A DNA stretch of 64,000 nt, taken from the NCBI GenBank assembly GCA_026770705.1, contig JANJGN010000026.1, forward strand, positions 34,410,001 to 34,474,000, written 5' to 3'. Position 1 is the first letter of the stretch; every line of letters begins with the position of its first letter. The translations under genes were made by a program, and so were the position numbers. The notes below the pieces were generated by a model. The model was not told the origin of the DNA and made no database searches. It was given only the letters and a program-made list of their open reading frames with translations. Of this stretch, positions 61,896 through 64,000 are shown one piece after another. The stretch is from Isurus oxyrinchus. Taxonomy: Eukaryota.

Positions 61896-62539
61896 TCAGT
61901 GCGTTTTCCTGGTTTCTGCATTCGCGGGATCAGAAATATTACTGGAGAATTGATTTAATTTGGGGTCACTGAAATTTACAATCAAAGATATTTTTATGGT
62001 AAATACCTTTCATATCGTCAACGAGGGCAAAGGGGCAAACCGATGCTGATGTCTTTTTTCCACTGACATGCCCTCTGGAGCCAGGTTTCTCATTTTCCCT
62101 TTTTACGAAAAGACGCAACTGTCTCCCAAACCCCAGGAACTGAGGTTTATACTTTTATACAAGGATGGACATCTATTGTGCCTGATAGGGACTGATCAAA
62201 TCAATTCTTTTGATGCTGCGATTTCTGCTGAATTTAATTCGAGCCCAGAAAATGAGTCGAGACCACATTTGGTGTTGAAAACGAAGACTTTGATATAAAA
62301 TGGAGAGTTTTTGAGGCCTGTTGTTGTGGCGAGGAATGTACATGGCTTGTGTTGTTGCTGCGCCCTATTGAGTAATCTCCTCTTCTACAACAGTAACAGG
62401 CTTCTAATCCTGAAGACTCCCCAGGGAATGGAATGCAAAAGCAACACTTAGATATTTTCAATTATTCAAATAATTACGATGGAATAGAGCGCCGCCTGGG
62501 CGGACAAATACTTGTTCTTCAAACGTGCCTGTTAAGTGA

Positions 62540-63620
62540 CAGGCAGAGGAAGAATCACATTGAGAGACAGAGAGAAAGAAAATGAGGGAGAGACAATTGC
62601 AGAAACAAAGATGGAGAAAAAGTGAGAAAGGCTGAGTGAGAGGCAGAGAGATGAAGGCAGATAGAGATTTATAGAGAAAAACGGAAGGAAAGGCAACGTT
62701 TGAAATGAAGGAGAGAGATGGAGGTAAACAGAGAGAGATAACAAAGGGAGAGGCATTACGAGAAATGAGAGAGAGAAGTAGGGAGAGATTTAGCGGGAGG
62801 CAATAGCCTAGTGACCTTGCCACTGGACGAGTAATCCAGAGGCCCAGGGTTTTCCCCCGGTCACGCTCTGGGGATGCGAGTTTGAGTCTGGCCATGGCAG
62901 ATGGTAGAGTTTGAATTCAATTCAAAAAATCTTGAATTAAACGCCTAATGATGATTATGAAACCATGTCCGATTGTCATAAAAACTCACCTGGTTCACTA
63001 TGTTCCTTTAGGGAAGGAAATCTGTTGTCCTTACCTGGCCTGGCCTACATGTAACTCCAGATCCGCAGCAATGTGGTTGACCCTTAAACGTCCTTTGAAC
63101 AAGGGCAATTAGGGTTGAGCAATGAATGCTGGCCAAGCTAGGGACATTCACATCCCATGAATGAATAAAAAAAGATGAAGATACAGTGAAGGAAAGAGAT
63201 GCAGCAATATGAAAACATACAAACTGAGAAATGAAGAGAAAAAATTAAAAAGACAGTGAGTAAATCAGAGGCAGAGACTGTGACAGAAATAGAGACAGAG
63301 AGGGTAAAACATATGGAGATACAGGGAGGTAAACAGGAGGGAAGGGAATGATAGAAATCAGGGAGATAAACAGTGGGCAGACAGTGAGAGAAATTAGGGA
63401 GGGGCGGAGACAAGGAGGGAAACAGATGAAGACACATTGAAGGGAACAGAAATATAGAGACAATATAGACTGAACAACGAAGAGAGACAAACCAAGAGAA
63501 ACCGGCATAGACAGTGAGGGAAACAAAGGGACATAGTGAGGAGAACAATGCTCGAAAGGGAGGCAGGAATTCCAGGAAGAGAAAGAAAGATAACATAACA
63601 TAGGACGCGATATGGAAAAG
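62540..63620 (+). repeat. Purine-rich (GA-rich) low-complexity tracts flanking a SINE
   Basis: Directly visible GAGA/GAAA-rich sequence. Confidence 0.8.
62795..63175 (+). mobile_element. Full-length tRNA-derived SINE
   Basis: Pol III-like head (TAGCCTAGTG..., GTTTGAGTC), conserved body, ATGAATGAATAAAAAAA tail; three other copies in the window. Confidence 0.75.
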
Positions 63621-64000
63621 ATGATTTCCGATAGGCACTTGGCCTCCTGGATTACTAAAGCAGCCTCATAACCACCATGTTATCGTACCCGTACCCGCTG
63701 CAGTAAACACACGGGCGATCAGGGAGCTCCAATTACTGGAGCAAGATACTGTTGCACGATTATGTCACATTTCTCGAGTTCTTCTTCTTATTATTATAAT
63801 GTATTTTAGTGCAGGTGAACTTATACTCGCGGGTTAATTCAAACTTTACTCTAAATCCGTGTGGCACCCTTGTTTATTTTAATATTTTGGCCATTAAAGG
63901 TTAAAAGAAGCTTGCTTTAATGAAATGAAACAACCGAGATCCATGTGGGACGCCGAGCCTTAAATATCAACATAGACATAGGATGTAAATAGGACACCTG

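Noticed and set aside
62458-63638. Long hydrophobic minus-strand ORFs (145 aa, 166 aa)
   Set aside because: Translations of CT-rich low-complexity DNA and a SINE

Overview
Vertebrate genomic DNA, most likely a shark or other elasmobranch (inferred from the repeat families and V-gene types), covering what looks like an edge of the T-cell receptor alpha/delta V-gene array. The left ~43 kb is mostly decayed repeats: RTE and CR1/L2 LINEs, Penelope-like elements (PLEs) and short derivatives, SINEs, a 5.6-kb array of a 54-bp (2x27-bp) unit, and a cluster of tRNA pseudogenes. It also holds one leaderless, frameshifted V exon with an extra CDR1 cysteine and a perfect 23-RSS (30329-30665, + strand), which resembles a NAR-TCR 'supporting' V-delta. 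The right ~21 kb holds two apparently intact TCR V genes on the minus strand (44957-45416 and 56919-57423; leader + V exon + 23-RSS), at least five V pseudogenes, several weaker relics, and a ~1.7-kb segmental duplication. No D, J or C exon was recognised. The most notable observations are the orphan supporting V-delta, CTCF motifs next to an RSS and at V promoters, minimal hammerhead-ribozyme motifs in the PLE-derived short repeats, and a candidate T-cell enhancer bracketed by an old inverted repeat. Repeat boundaries are approximate and all calls were made by eye.
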